IMG/VR virus record: IMGVR_UViG_3300027763_000027
Coordinates: 64,001 to 128,000 of that record
Reading direction: 5' to 3' (one strand)
DNA from: a virus
DNA: 64,000 nucleotides
A program made the position numbers and the translations under genes. Below the pieces are notes generated by a model. It saw nothing but the letters and a program-made list of their open reading frames with translations, had not been told where the DNA came from and made no database searches. Positions 1 to 9,672 of the stretch are shown here, in pieces (positions within the stretch are counted from its first letter, which is position 1; the number at the start of each line of letters is the position of its first letter).

Positions 1-711
1 TTCTTTGACCATTGGATCATTAATTTTATCCATCACATTTTTTGAATGTTGATAAATAGAATTAATTGAACCAACTATCATTTCATAAAAATCTTCTTTG
101 TAATCTTCTAAGTCTTCAATTTCTTGTGCTTGAGATAGGGAAGCGTCAATTTTAAGAAGTTCAACTTGATCAAATTCTATTTCGCCATCCCATTCGTATT
201 CTTCGTTTAGATAATCTGCTGCTTGGGCTTTTTTTAATGCTTCTTGCGTTGGCCGATCTTTCGATCCTGGTTTTGCTGGACGATAATTTTTGCCCATTCT
301 TTTTTTCTTTTGTTGAATATTATACCAGAGACCTTTATTCTTGGCTTGAACATCTGCTTCTAAAGTAATTTCTTCTTCATTAACTGATCCACAATTTGGT
401 TTTCCACATGAACTTGTAATTTTGCTAACTGGCTTGGCACTCCACATTTTACAAGACCAGTAGTTAGCTTTATATTTTGGACCAGGATTATCGCAACCAT
501 GTCTGGCTCTGTATGCTTTTCTTCTTTCTGGATTATCTCTTTTAATAGACATATTTGGATCGCCGAAAGTAACTTTTACAATATTACCTTTATCATTTTT
601 AACATAAACGCCAAATTTCTTTTTGCTTCCAGAAGGAAGACGAAATGGTTTATTAAGTGGGGCTTTGCCTTTTTTGGCTGCTAATATATCTTTTGAAAAA
701 TCGATTTCCAT
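1..711 (-). CDS. Conserved phage protein, runs off the window start (N-terminal domain resembles DUF6321-like phage proteins)
   Basis: Open frame from ATG at 711 to position 1, not in the ORF track: MEIDFSK...KKFGVYVKNDKGNIVKVTFGDPNMSIKRDNPERRKAYRARHGCD...ANYWSCKMW, then GLWYNIQQKKKR; GTGTAA motif upstream at 726-731. Confidence 0.75.
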   Translation of the reverse strand, partial: MEIDFSKDILAAKKGKAPLNKPFRLPSGSKKKFGVYVKNDKGNIVKVTFGDPNMSIKRDNPERRKAYRARHGCDNPGPKYKANYWSCKMWSAKPVSKITSSCGKPNCGSVNEEEITLEADVQAKNKGLWYNIQQKKKRMGKNYRPAKPGSKDRPTQEALKKAQAADYLNEEYEWDGEIEFDQVELLKIDASLSQAQEIEDLEDYKEDFYEMIVGSINSIYQHSKNVMDKINDPMVKE

Positions 712-736
712 ATTATTTAATATAGTTACACTATTT

Positions 737-3700
737 TTATGCGGCGGTGATGGTGATGGATGGAGACCAACCAGTGGTAGGGATGTAATCTGCAGATTGG
801 CTACTTGAAGTATTTACAGAAAATTCATCAGGAATTGGAGGGATGCTTCCTTCGTCATAATTGCCAGCGGAGAATTTTATTAGATACCAAGTATTCGGAG
901 ATAGTGTTACATTAGGGGCCGCGTTTGGCTGATTAGAGACATAGGTTGTTGCGGATGTGTTGAAGAACAGAATTGCTCTGCTTCCAGTTCCAGTATCATA
1001 ATCCCACACACTGTATCCATAGTAGTTTGCTGGTCTTGGTGGTGTGGTTTGAGATTCATCAAATGAATATAAAAGATTTCCATCTCCATTATCATTTTCT
1101 TTTGTAAGTGTAAATCCAAGGTAGTCGCTTGTTATTGATGCTGTGCTTGCGTAAGGAATCCCAGGGGGTGTAGGTGTAATAGAATATTTATTAGATAGAT
1201 AACTTTCTACTTCTTGTCTTTCTGATGTATCTAAGACTCGATTGTAAATAATTACTTCTGCTATATTTGAAGATCCATCTCCTCCACCAATAAATAGATT
1301 ATATCCACCATTTGCACTGCCAAGAGAAGCAGTTCCAACAGGAATCCCATTATAATATAAACGTGCTGTATCTGCATTAAATGTTGTTTCAAGTATATAA
1401 TTTGTATTGGCATTTAATGTATTGCTTGAAGTCAAAACGGAATTCCCATCAAACGTTAAATTTAAAGTATTTGAGGTATCTCTAAGAAATTTAAACTCAC
1501 TTTCATGATAAACCAAGAATGAATTAACGATATTTTCAGTAAATCTAGCAACACAAAAAATTGTCCCAATAAATTGACTTTCATACCATATTGTTGGACA
1601 AGTTAGATTTGTATTTGCAGGAAAATTTACAAATGACTTTCCACCAATTGTTACATAAGATGATGGTATGTAAGATGATAATGAGGCGTTTCTAGCGTTC
1701 TCGCTTTGATCTTCCCAAGAATTTACATGGTTTGTATTTACGGTTTCCGTTGTTGCGTTTCCGATAATAGAGCCAGATGGAATAGACACTGCAGTAGAAG
1801 TTGGTGATCCAATTGACCTTAAAAATGGTGAAACTGAAACACTATCACTAGGATTTGGAGAAATATTACTTCCATTTAGGGTATAATAGGTAAAAAATTC
1901 GTACTCATTATTCCAAATCTGCTCACCATTCACAGTGATTAATTTTTTTCGAGTCTCTTTCACATACCATGGGGAATTTTGCTCTTCTTGACCAATATAT
2001 TTATCTATAGTTGGATACTGGAAGCTTATACCGAAACCTGCAGGTTCTAGAGACTCTAGTCTTGTATACGTTCCATTTCCAGCCGTTTCTGGCCCACTTA
2101 TAGTTATTGAGAGTGGATAAGATGCTGGATCCCAAGATACATAATTATTTGTTGTCGCAATAGGAAGAGACCAGTAGCCGTCGTTACTGATACGAGAAAG
2201 AGTATTTCCTTCAATACGATACTGACCTTTACTAAAGATAAAATCGCTTAAATTATAAATATCCCTATTATAGGTTCCATTTGCGTCTGTATATATCCCA
2301 GTAAATCCATTAATAATAAATTGTGAAATGTAAGAATTATATGTGCTCCAATTTATTCCATCGAAGGATTGATATCCTATGTCCGTGCCCCCTACGTTTT
2401 CTGTTATTATTCTATAATCATAATCACCATCACCATTGATACTATAACTTATATTTCCAAGGCTATAATCATTTAATCTGTTATCTTCAAAATTATAAGT
2501 TGGAATACTTGATGCATTATATGTGCCAGTAACACTTGGATTTCCGCTAAGTACTATTTGTGAAATATAATTATAACTAAATTTATTTATTCCAGTACTT
2601 GCATCTAACCAAAGGCTAGGAAAGAACATGTTATCTATATTAGGAAATCTATCTTTTTCGCCGCTATATAAATTAGCTACTTGAATTTCTGTTAAACCTG
2701 TATTGTAAACTTGGAAACTACCAACAGATCCTTTGCCAAAACCACCCTCTCCCATGTTGGTACTATCACCTCCACATATTGCATAATATAAATTAGTTGG
2801 ACCATTCATTCTTTGGCAATTACTGTCAGCAATTTTTTCTCCATTTATATAAGCACTCAAAACTCCAGAAAAATAAGTTAATCCAAGATGATACCATCTA
2901 TCAAAATTTATTGATCCAGTAGATTGAATTTTGAATGTTGAATTTGTTCTATAGTCTCCCCATATTCCAAAATTAACTTTGCCATCTTGCGTTACTTCTA
3001 GTTGACTATCATGCCATCCTCCAAATAATCCAGGTTGACCTAATTCGTCAACAACTACTCCAGCGCCAGTTGGTTTAAACCATATAAAATAAGAAATTGA
3101 TCCATCAGTTGATTGAGGAACTTCTTGAGTCATTGCATATTGATCTACTCCATTAAAAGAATATATTCCACTATAATCAGAGCTATAAGTTGGATTATTA
3201 ACTAAAGTAACGTGTTTATTACCAGTATAAATTACTCCACTATTATTGAAACCAGAAATTGAATCTAGCCAAACATGAGAATAAACTGCATTTGGCGCAG
3301 GGTTATATCCTGTGTTTGTTGATTGCCACTCTCCTAATGTGAAATCGTAAACATAATCATTTGAATTTGTTGCAATTCCATCTCCAGTAGAATTAAAAAA
3401 TAATCCACTAAAATCATAAGTATCGCCTTGTGCTCCATTACGATAACTTAAACTTAAACCAGCAGTAGTTGGATTCGCTGGATGACCCCATTGTAATCTA
3501 ACTGGATAATAAGTTCCAGAAGTTAAAGGTAAATTTATAATATTTGTTGAATTGTATGCAATTGAATACATATCTGCATTTCCAGTAGTATATCCATTAA
3601 GAGCTTTATTTCCTATCCAGAAATAAGCATCTTCATCGGCATTTATATAAAAATTATGATTTGAAGTATCATTTGCTCTAAAGTATCCAACCCATTGCCA

Positions 3701-5815
3701 TGAAGTATCATTTGAAAGAGCACGAGTAGTTCCAAAATTTGTGCTATTTTCAAAATTTTGAGTTTGTGTTATAGTAGTTGTTGGGGCTCCTTCATCGCCA
3801 TATTCTTCTATTGCTTCTGGAGTCATTGTCCATGTTATTAAATCATTTGATTTACTATGAATCGGGCCAATATTTGCTTGCAAGTACCAATAAGATTCTG
3901 ATGTTGAAAATGCAGAATGATAATAAATTGCCCATCCATCATTTCCTTGGGTACCTTGGAAATAGGATGTACCTTGATTATTTTGATCTCCAACTTTTAT
4001 ATATGGCCCTACCATATCGCTAGTTGGATGATTTAAAAATAATTCATTTATTATTGGTTTTACAGAAGCTGTATTAAACCATGTTGGGTCACTATCAAAA
4101 TAACCGCTATATTGAATTCCTAATAATCCATCTGTTTTGTTTCTAGGATAAACTCTTGTTGTAGAAGTTAACCCTACTGGGTCTGGACTTTCTCCTAAAC
4201 AGTTTCCTACAACGTACCAGCTTGAAAAATTTTCAGTAAGATATGTAATCCCACCATTTTCTTCATTGTCTGGATTATATACTTGACTATCCCACAATGA
4301 AAATTCGATTGCTCCGTCTTTGGATATATAATTTCCATTTGGCCCAGTAAATGTTGTATCTCCACCAGCTGATCTAGTGTATGTTCCATTACTAGTTGCT
4401 GTTCCTGCGTTGCTAATTATTATTGAGCTAACAAAATCATAATACCAACCATTTGGATCTAAATTAACATCATCATTAGTATATCTAGTAATATTATCAT
4501 CATCTTGTAAATCCCATCCGCTATTTTGATTTTTTGTTATGCGCCTTCCATTTTGCGAAAGACTATTAAATGTATTATCTCCAGAATTTGTTCTAGTATA
4601 TATATCATCTATAGCCCCTTGTATTTCTACTCTATTAACAAAAGGAATATTTCCAGTATTAAAATAAGTCCAATCATTTTCTATCCAATCTCCAACAAAA
4701 TATCCAGTTTTTCCATACTGAACATCAAACTCAACAAAATTATTTTTACCAGATACTACTGGTCCATAAAATCCAGTATTATGAAACATGCTTCCAGAAA
4801 TTGGTGCCCCAGTTTGTGTATAAACATAAACTCCATCTACTGTTGATACTCCTGCGCCATCAAATGATATTTGATTTGGATTCTCATTGTAAGAAACTGC
4901 ATCAAGAGATAATACTCTACCAAAGTACGCAGAAGGAGGAGCACATACTCTATGGCCTTTGCTATCAACATCATAAAATAATTTGCCAGCTAAATCTGAA
5001 GTCCAAGTATTTGATCCTGGGGGCATATAATCAAAGATTAAAACTCCTTCACCTGCTGGTCCGTTACCAAATTCTACTGTTAATGGATAATAAGAATTTG
5101 CAACCATTGTGAATGTGCCAGGTGGATCTGTGTGATAAGGTCCATGAATTCCAGGTAATGATACTACAGAATTAGAAATTGTTCTATTTCCATCAAGAGC
5201 ATTATTTCCTACCCATAAGTAACTAGCATCATCTGAATACAATCTAAATTTATATACGCCATTTACTGTAGGTTTAAAATAACCTTTTATAATAAGACTT
5301 TTATTGTTTTGTCCTTGAGCTTGAGAATAAGAATCATCAATTTGAGAACTAACTGATTCAGAAACTAAGACTGGTCCTAAGTTTGCAGTTCCTGCATTTT
5401 CAATTGGACCTCCACCGAAATAACTAACACCTTTGCCTATTGATGGAAACGGTAAACCTAAAGCTTCTGGTGTACTGTATTGAGGTGATTCTACGAATCC
5501 CCAGTTATACCAATCTTGTTGAGTTGTAGTTCCAATATCTAATATTTGATATGATTTACCTATATCTCCTATACTAATTGCGCTGACTAATTTAGTATCA
5601 AAAAATTCATTAACATCATCAAAATAACCTTCATATTTTTTCTTATATAATCCAGGCGCTAAATTTAAACATGCTGTATTACTATCTTCTGGAGTTGGGG
5701 GCGGTGGAGTTGGAGTACTATTAATTTTTCTTTTAGGATTAGTTACAATATTTCTGCCTTGATTGTTACGTTGGCTTTTGCCTAGTACTATAGAATTTCT
5801 ATTTTTAACAATCAT
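737..5815 (-). CDS. Large virion adhesin / tail-fibre-like protein with two PA14 and two LamG/concanavalin-A-like domains
   Basis: PA14 motifs (GYFKPTVNGVYKFRLYSDDASYLWVG; WVGYFRA...NADEDAYFWIG); LamG motifs (WYHLGLTY...AYINGE; LWLDAS...WEDQS...IAEVIIYNRVL); G/S/T/N/Y-rich. Confidence 0.75.
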   Translation of the reverse strand: MIVKNRNSIVLGKSQRNNQGRNIVTNPKRKINSTPTPPPPTPEDSNTACLNLAPGLYKKKYEGYFDDVNEFFDTKLVSAISIGDIGKSYQILDIGTTTQQDWYNWGFVESPQYSTPEALGLPFPSIGKGVSYFGGGPIENAGTANLGPVLVSESVSSQIDDSYSQAQGQNNKSLIIKGYFKPTVNGVYKFRLYSDDASYLWVGNNALDGNRTISNSVVSLPGIHGPYHTDPPGTFTMVANSYYPLTVEFGNGPAGEGVLIFDYMPPGSNTWTSDLAGKLFYDVDSKGHRVCAPPSAYFGRVLSLDAVSYNENPNQISFDGAGVSTVDGVYVYTQTGAPISGSMFHNTGFYGPVVSGKNNFVEFDVQYGKTGYFVGDWIENDWTYFNTGNIPFVNRVEIQGAIDDIYTRTNSGDNTFNSLSQNGRRITKNQNSGWDLQDDDNITRYTNDDVNLDPNGWYYDFVSSIIISNAGTATSNGTYTRSAGGDTTFTGPNGNYISKDGAIEFSLWDSQVYNPDNEENGGITYLTENFSSWYVVGNCLGESPDPVGLTSTTRVYPRNKTDGLLGIQYSGYFDSDPTWFNTASVKPIINELFLNHPTSDMVGPYIKVGDQNNQGTSYFQGTQGNDGWAIYYHSAFSTSESYWYLQANIGPIHSKSNDLITWTMTPEAIEEYGDEGAPTTTITQTQNFENSTNFGTTRALSNDTSWQWVGYFRANDTSNHNFYINADEDAYFWIGNKALNGYTTGNADMYSIAYNSTNIINLPLTSGTYYPVRLQWGHPANPTTAGLSLSYRNGAQGDTYDFSGLFFNSTGDGIATNSNDYVYDFTLGEWQSTNTGYNPAPNAVYSHVWLDSISGFNNSGVIYTGNKHVTLVNNPTYSSDYSGIYSFNGVDQYAMTQEVPQSTDGSISYFIWFKPTGAGVVVDELGQPGLFGGWHDSQLEVTQDGKVNFGIWGDYRTNSTFKIQSTGSINFDRWYHLGLTYFSGVLSAYINGEKIADSNCQRMNGPTNLYYAICGGDSTNMGEGGFGKGSVGSFQVYNTGLTEIQVANLYSGEKDRFPNIDNMFFPSLWLDASTGINKFSYNYISQIVLSGNPSVTGTYNASSIPTYNFEDNRLNDYSLGNISYSINGDGDYDYRIITENVGGTDIGYQSFDGINWSTYNSYISQFIINGFTGIYTDANGTYNRDIYNLSDFIFSKGQYRIEGNTLSRISNDGYWSLPIATTNNYVSWDPASYPLSITISGPETAGNGTYTRLESLEPAGFGISFQYPTIDKYIGQEEQNSPWYVKETRKKLITVNGEQIWNNEYEFFTYYTLNGSNISPNPSDSVSVSPFLRSIGSPTSTAVSIPSGSIIGNATTETVNTNHVNSWEDQSENARNASLSSYIPSSYVTIGGKSFVNFPANTNLTCPTIWYESQFIGTIFCVARFTENIVNSFLVYHESEFKFLRDTSNTLNLTFDGNSVLTSSNTLNANTNYILETTFNADTARLYYNGIPVGTASLGSANGGYNLFIGGGDGSSNIAEVIIYNRVLDTSERQEVESYLSNKYSITPTPPGIPYASTASITSDYLGFTLTKENDNGDGNLLYSFDESQTTPPRPANYYGYSVWDYDTGTGSRAILFFNTSATTYVSNQPNAAPNVTLSPNTWYLIKFSAGNYDEGSIPPIPDEFSVNTSSSQSADYIPTTGWSPSITITAA

Positions 5816-5868
5816 ATTAAATATTACACATTTAAATTATTTTAAATGTATTTTAAATTAATATAAAA

Positions 5869-6270
5869 TTAACTTCTTTCCCAAGAAATAAAATTGGGAG
5901 TTGATTCGTTTGCGCCAAGAACGCTAACGGCTCCAGTATAATTAAGATCACTTAAAATACCACCGTCTGCAGCAAAATTGGCTGATCCACTTATTAGAAT
6001 AAAATTAAAACTATTACTCGAAGCATTTTCTCCATATTTAACGAAAAGATTGTTTGTTCCTAAATTTTGAATAAAAAGTTCTTCTCGATCAGCGTTTGCT
6101 TGTAAAGCTATACCATTTGTTGTATTTGGTGTGAAATTAGATATATTTGATCCTTTTGAGGTTAAGTCGTCTACGGAGATAGCTTCTTGAGCTTTGTAAG
6201 AATCTGTAGTTGGATCATAAACTAAAGATATTCTTTTTTCTCCAGGATCATTTGATTTAATATTAGCCAT
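5869..6270 (-). CDS. Hypothetical, probable virion beta-strand protein
   Basis: 133-aa ORF co-oriented with the adhesin; GTGTAA motif upstream. Confidence 0.6.
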   Translation of the reverse strand: MANIKSNDPGEKRISLVYDPTTDSYKAQEAISVDDLTSKGSNISNFTPNTTNGIALQANADREELFIQNLGTNNLFVKYGENASSNSFNFILISGSANFAADGGILSDLNYTGAVSVLGANESTPNFISWERS

Positions 6271-6337
6271 AGTAAATACTATTACACATTAAATATAAAA
6301 AATGATATTATAAATTATTAATCTTTGTATTATATCT

Positions 6338-6725
6338 TGGACCCGAGAGGAGTTGAACCTCTGTCTTTTAAAAATCTAAATTAAAATACTACAAGTTTAG
6401 TTCATTTTAATATTTAGCTTCATATAGATAAATAAACAAACATATTCAGCGTATTCTATCTTGAGTATTGCTATCTAAAGAATAGAAAAACTATTAAATA
6501 GCAAACATCTAATTACGCAATATTCCAGTAGATGTGTCGTGGATATCACGCTGTAACTTAAGCTACAGAAGCGGTCTCTTCTACAAGAGAAACTCTTGCA
6601 GAAATATGACCTTTATATTTTGCTGTTTTGGCAGTTAATATAATTGAAACTTTTTAAGGAGTCCTCGATTCAACCTCCACTTGCATTTCAATTTATTTCT
6701 TTAAAATCGAAACCAGTACGGGCCC
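6338..6725 (-). ncRNA. ssrA: tmRNA; tag reading frame 6632-6558 encodes (A)AKTAKYKGHISARVSLVEETASVA*
   Basis: 5' GGGCCCGTACTGGTTTCGA pairs with 3' GACAGAGGTTCAACTCCTCTCGGGTCCA; acceptor stem has the G3-U70 alanine determinant; T arm present; TAACT-GCC resume context; CCA not encoded; 388 nt. Confidence 0.93.
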
Positions 6726-6794
6726 AATGAGAATGAACTATACTATATTATACATTTTATTTGAATTTTGGCAATATTTTTATTAAGATTAAAT

Positions 6795-6986
6795 ATGGTA
6801 CTACAAGATAAAATATTAAACCTATTAGATCAAATTATTGAAAAGAATATATTGGAAGATTCAATTAATAAAAAGCCAATTGAATCTGGAGATAATTGGA
6901 ACGTATTTTATTTAAAAGTTTTAAAAAATTTGTTACAAGAATTATTTGACAAAAAACAAAATAAAGAGTATTATAAGATCACATAG
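6795..6986 (+). CDS. Small hypothetical protein
   Basis: ATG 6795 follows TTGAAT-N17-TAAGAT; more plausible than the TTG at 6768. Confidence 0.55.
   Translation: MVLQDKILNLLDQIIEKNILEDSINKKPIESGDNWNVFYLKVLKNLLQELFDKKQNKEYYKIT
6946..6974 (+). promoter_or_regulatory. Sigma70-type promoter facing an ORF-free structured region
   Basis: TTGACA (6946-51), N17, TATTAT (6969-74). Confidence 0.7.
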
Positions 6987-7310
6987 TCCCCTATTAGGAC
7001 AGTTTATTGATACCAAAAAATCAATTATCAATCCCTGAGATAGCAATGTCCCAAGGGCTGACAACTATTAAAACCTTCATTTGTACATAACATGGCTAAA
7101 GAAGGAAATGTAGCTATAGGCATCGCAGAATGTAGTGATCGAAGCTACCTCTGATCCGTAAGTGCGATGGCCCTTTGTTGCTGAGATCGCAACAAATTTG
7201 GAGTTAAAAGAAAAGTTGGATTGATAATACTCAACCTCAGACTATAATAATCTAGAGGTAAAGCCCTTTTGGATATTAAAGAAAAGTTAAATAATTCAGA
7301 GAAGGACACT
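6981..7310 (+). ncRNA. Candidate structured ncRNA of unknown class
   Basis: No ORF in track; 11-bp perfect long-range helix 7024-34/7218-28; stems 7121-27/7163-69 and 7174-81/7189-96; GCAA-capped hairpin 7033-57. Confidence 0.55.
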
Positions 7311-7315
7311 AGATA

Positions 7316-8221
7316 TCACTTATCTAATATAGAATATAATTGATTCTTAATTTCTTGAGATTTTGTTTTCGCTATAATTAGACTCGATTCAATATTTTCT
7401 GTATACTTGCCTTCTAGAATTTTTTTTATTTCTAAAGATATATTTTCTGCTGTAGCATTTTCTCCGATCAATAAAGCTGGCCAATTTATTGATTCAGTTT
7501 GTCTTCTAACTTTATGTCCACCACCAATAGGATCGATTGCTAATACTGGAATTTTATTTTTCAATGAATAAACGATTCCATGTAATCTAGTGCTTATTAT
7601 TGCATCACATTTACATATAAGTGATTCTAAGATATCAGAAGAATAAACTCTTGTTCTGTTTTTATTTTTTTCTGTTGTTATAGTTGTGTCTATGTCTATT
7701 CTTGCAAATTTTTCTTTATCAAAAAAATTCCATACTTCTTTTTTAATGTTTTCATGATATCTTATACCTCCCGAGCAGCGACCATTTAGATGAACTAGTA
7801 AAACACCTATGACGGGAACTTTTTTATTTTTTATGTTAAAAACTAAATCTGGATTTTTTATAGTAGTTGAATCTCTTGCTACGATATAATCCACATAACC
7901 ATTATAAGTACTAATGTCGTCTCTAGAAATCGTAGTGTTTATAGCAATTTTTTTACAATGCGAAAAGTCATTAATAATATCTAATGGGCGAAAAGAGCTA
8001 GTACCAAATGGCCCACATACATAAAATAATATATTGTATATTTTTGGATTAATTTCATTAAATTTTATACTTTTTTTAGAACAACTCACTTCATTAACGA
8101 TATCATATTCTATATTTTTTTCAGTAAGCCAAGAAGCTACTACTTGTGCTGCTTGAACGTCTCCAAATGTACAAGCTCTATCTCTTACTCCAAAAGGCCC
8201 AAATATTAAAGCTCTATTCAT
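7316..8221 (-). CDS. Polysaccharide pyruvyl transferase family protein
   Basis: TFGD near N terminus, ARD, PDLVF, ISTRLHGIVYSL motifs. Confidence 0.75.
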   Translation of the reverse strand: MNRALIFGPFGVRDRACTFGDVQAAQVVASWLTEKNIEYDIVNEVSCSKKSIKFNEINPKIYNILFYVCGPFGTSSFRPLDIINDFSHCKKIAINTTISRDDISTYNGYVDYIVARDSTTIKNPDLVFNIKNKKVPVIGVLLVHLNGRCSGGIRYHENIKKEVWNFFDKEKFARIDIDTTITTEKNKNRTRVYSSDILESLICKCDAIISTRLHGIVYSLKNKIPVLAIDPIGGGHKVRRQTESINWPALLIGENATAENISLEIKKILEGKYTENIESSLIIAKTKSQEIKNQLYSILDK

Positions 8222-8553
8222 TATTTTTTATTTATTAAATGCTGTTGTATTATATCAAAATTACGATCTAATTTAGATTCAATTCTATCAAAATAATCAT
8301 CGAAAGACTCTTTTGTAACATATGTTGTGCTAATTTTTAAAGCTAAATCGGCTATTTCTTGTTGATGCTTTCTTCCTTCTAATTCCATTTCTTTTCTTAA
8401 AGTTATGAAATCGCTAAATGTTTTATCATTGATCTCTTTCATTAAGTTCTCTTGCTTATCGAAAAGAGAGAATACCCTAGTAAACAACCATCCTCCTAAA
8501 AAAGAAAGTGCTCCCAAGACTAAATTAAATAATAATGAAATATCTAAATTCAC
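8221..8553 (-). CDS. Single-TM coiled-coil protein (holin-like candidate)
   Basis: Hydrophobic N terminus LLFNLVLGALSFLGGWLF followed by charged helical tail; GTGTAA-N8-GTG upstream. Confidence 0.55.
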   Translation of the reverse strand: MNLDISLLFNLVLGALSFLGGWLFTRVFSLFDKQENLMKEINDKTFSDFITLRKEMELEGRKHQQEIADLALKISTTYVTKESFDDYFDRIESKLDRNFDIIQQHLINKK

Positions 8554-8592
8554 ATAGATAATTACACTTTTTAATTAAAATTATATAGTAAA

Positions 8593-9672
8593 TTATACTT
8601 TACAAGTAAAGGGAGGTCGTCTCGGTAGGTTCTTATTCTGGAGGCGGAAAATATCTGATTCGCTTGTGCAAGGAAATTGTTCGCTACCTACTTCTTTCAT
8701 ATTCTCATTATAGATACATCTTTCATTTAACCACACATGATAATGAAAAATATCATTTTCTAAAATTATTTGACTTTTATGTTCATGCGAAGTAAGCATG
8801 AACTCATTGTCTTCTATCGTATTTGTATTTAAAATTACTTTGCCATGTGTGTCTTGAAGTCTAACAAAATATTTAGCTAATTTCAAAACATTATTATTTA
8901 TAATATCATTGTTATTCCTATTTGTAATTAAATGGCTTTTTGAAAGTATTGTAGAATTATTAAAATTTAAAAAATTTTCTATATGGGTTTTACTAGGTAA
9001 AAATATAAATTCATCTGCATCAATTAATGCAATATATTTACATTTATTTTTAAATGCATTTACTCCAATAGTAAGTGTTAATCTTTGTAAAATATTCCAA
9101 TGGCCGAGGGATCCTTTATCAGTCATAATATTTTTATAAGGGAAATCTATTAAAATAACTTTTTCTTTAAATTTATTGCATATTTCTTGAGTAGTTTTAT
9201 TGCTAATAGTATAGTCTAAGCTTTCGTGTAAGCCATTTTGATCATTTTCATTATTATTAAAAATAACAATTCCAGAAAAACCTAATTTTATATTATATTC
9301 TATCCATTCTTCAAGTCTATGTGAATAATCTTTACACATAGTACTTATAATTGCTGATGTATTTTTATTTAAATTTAATTGACATTTTTCAAATGGAAAT
9401 TCTAATTCTAAATTTTTAAAATGAATAACCTGATCGTTACTTAAGATAAAATTAATGTTCGATATATTATATTTAAAATTTTCAATTTCATCTTCTATTA
9501 TGACGTAGAATTGACAATCTTTAACAAAAAAACTATATTTTTTATCAGTGTTAATTTTTAATCTTTTGATTATTAAATTAACATATGGATTTATTAATCC
9601 ATATATTATAATTTTTTTTTCTTTGATTAAAGATGTTTTAGTAAAAAAAAATAAAATTTCAGAATCTATCAT
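8593..9672 (-). CDS. Glycosyltransferase (GT92/GT2-like, GT-A fold)
   Basis: STMCKD...LEEWIEYNIKLGFS and IALIDADEFI (DxD) motifs. Confidence 0.75.
   Translation of the reverse strand: MIDSEILFFFTKTSLIKEKKIIIYGLINPYVNLIIKRLKINTDKKYSFFVKDCQFYVIIEDEIENFKYNISNINFILSNDQVIHFKNLELEFPFEKCQLNLNKNTSAIISTMCKDYSHRLEEWIEYNIKLGFSGIVIFNNNENDQNGLHESLDYTISNKTTQEICNKFKEKVILIDFPYKNIMTDKGSLGHWNILQRLTLTIGVNAFKNKCKYIALIDADEFIFLPSKTHIENFLNFNNSTILSKSHLITNRNNNDIINNNVLKLAKYFVRLQDTHGKVILNTNTIEDNEFMLTSHEHKSQIILENDIFHYHVWLNERCIYNENMKEVGSEQFPCTSESDIFRLQNKNLPRRPPFTCKV

Noticed and set aside
499-5112. Short ORFs overlapping the first gene and the adhesin on either strand
   Set aside because: Shadow ORFs of longer, motif-bearing minus-strand genes.
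6975-7305. Group I intron or permuted group I ribozyme (S-like ATAGTCC, R-like CAGACTA, P-like AATTCAGAGAA)
   Set aside because: Elements are short, not in a valid or circularly permuted order, and no interrupted gene is present; kept only as an unknown ncRNA candidate.
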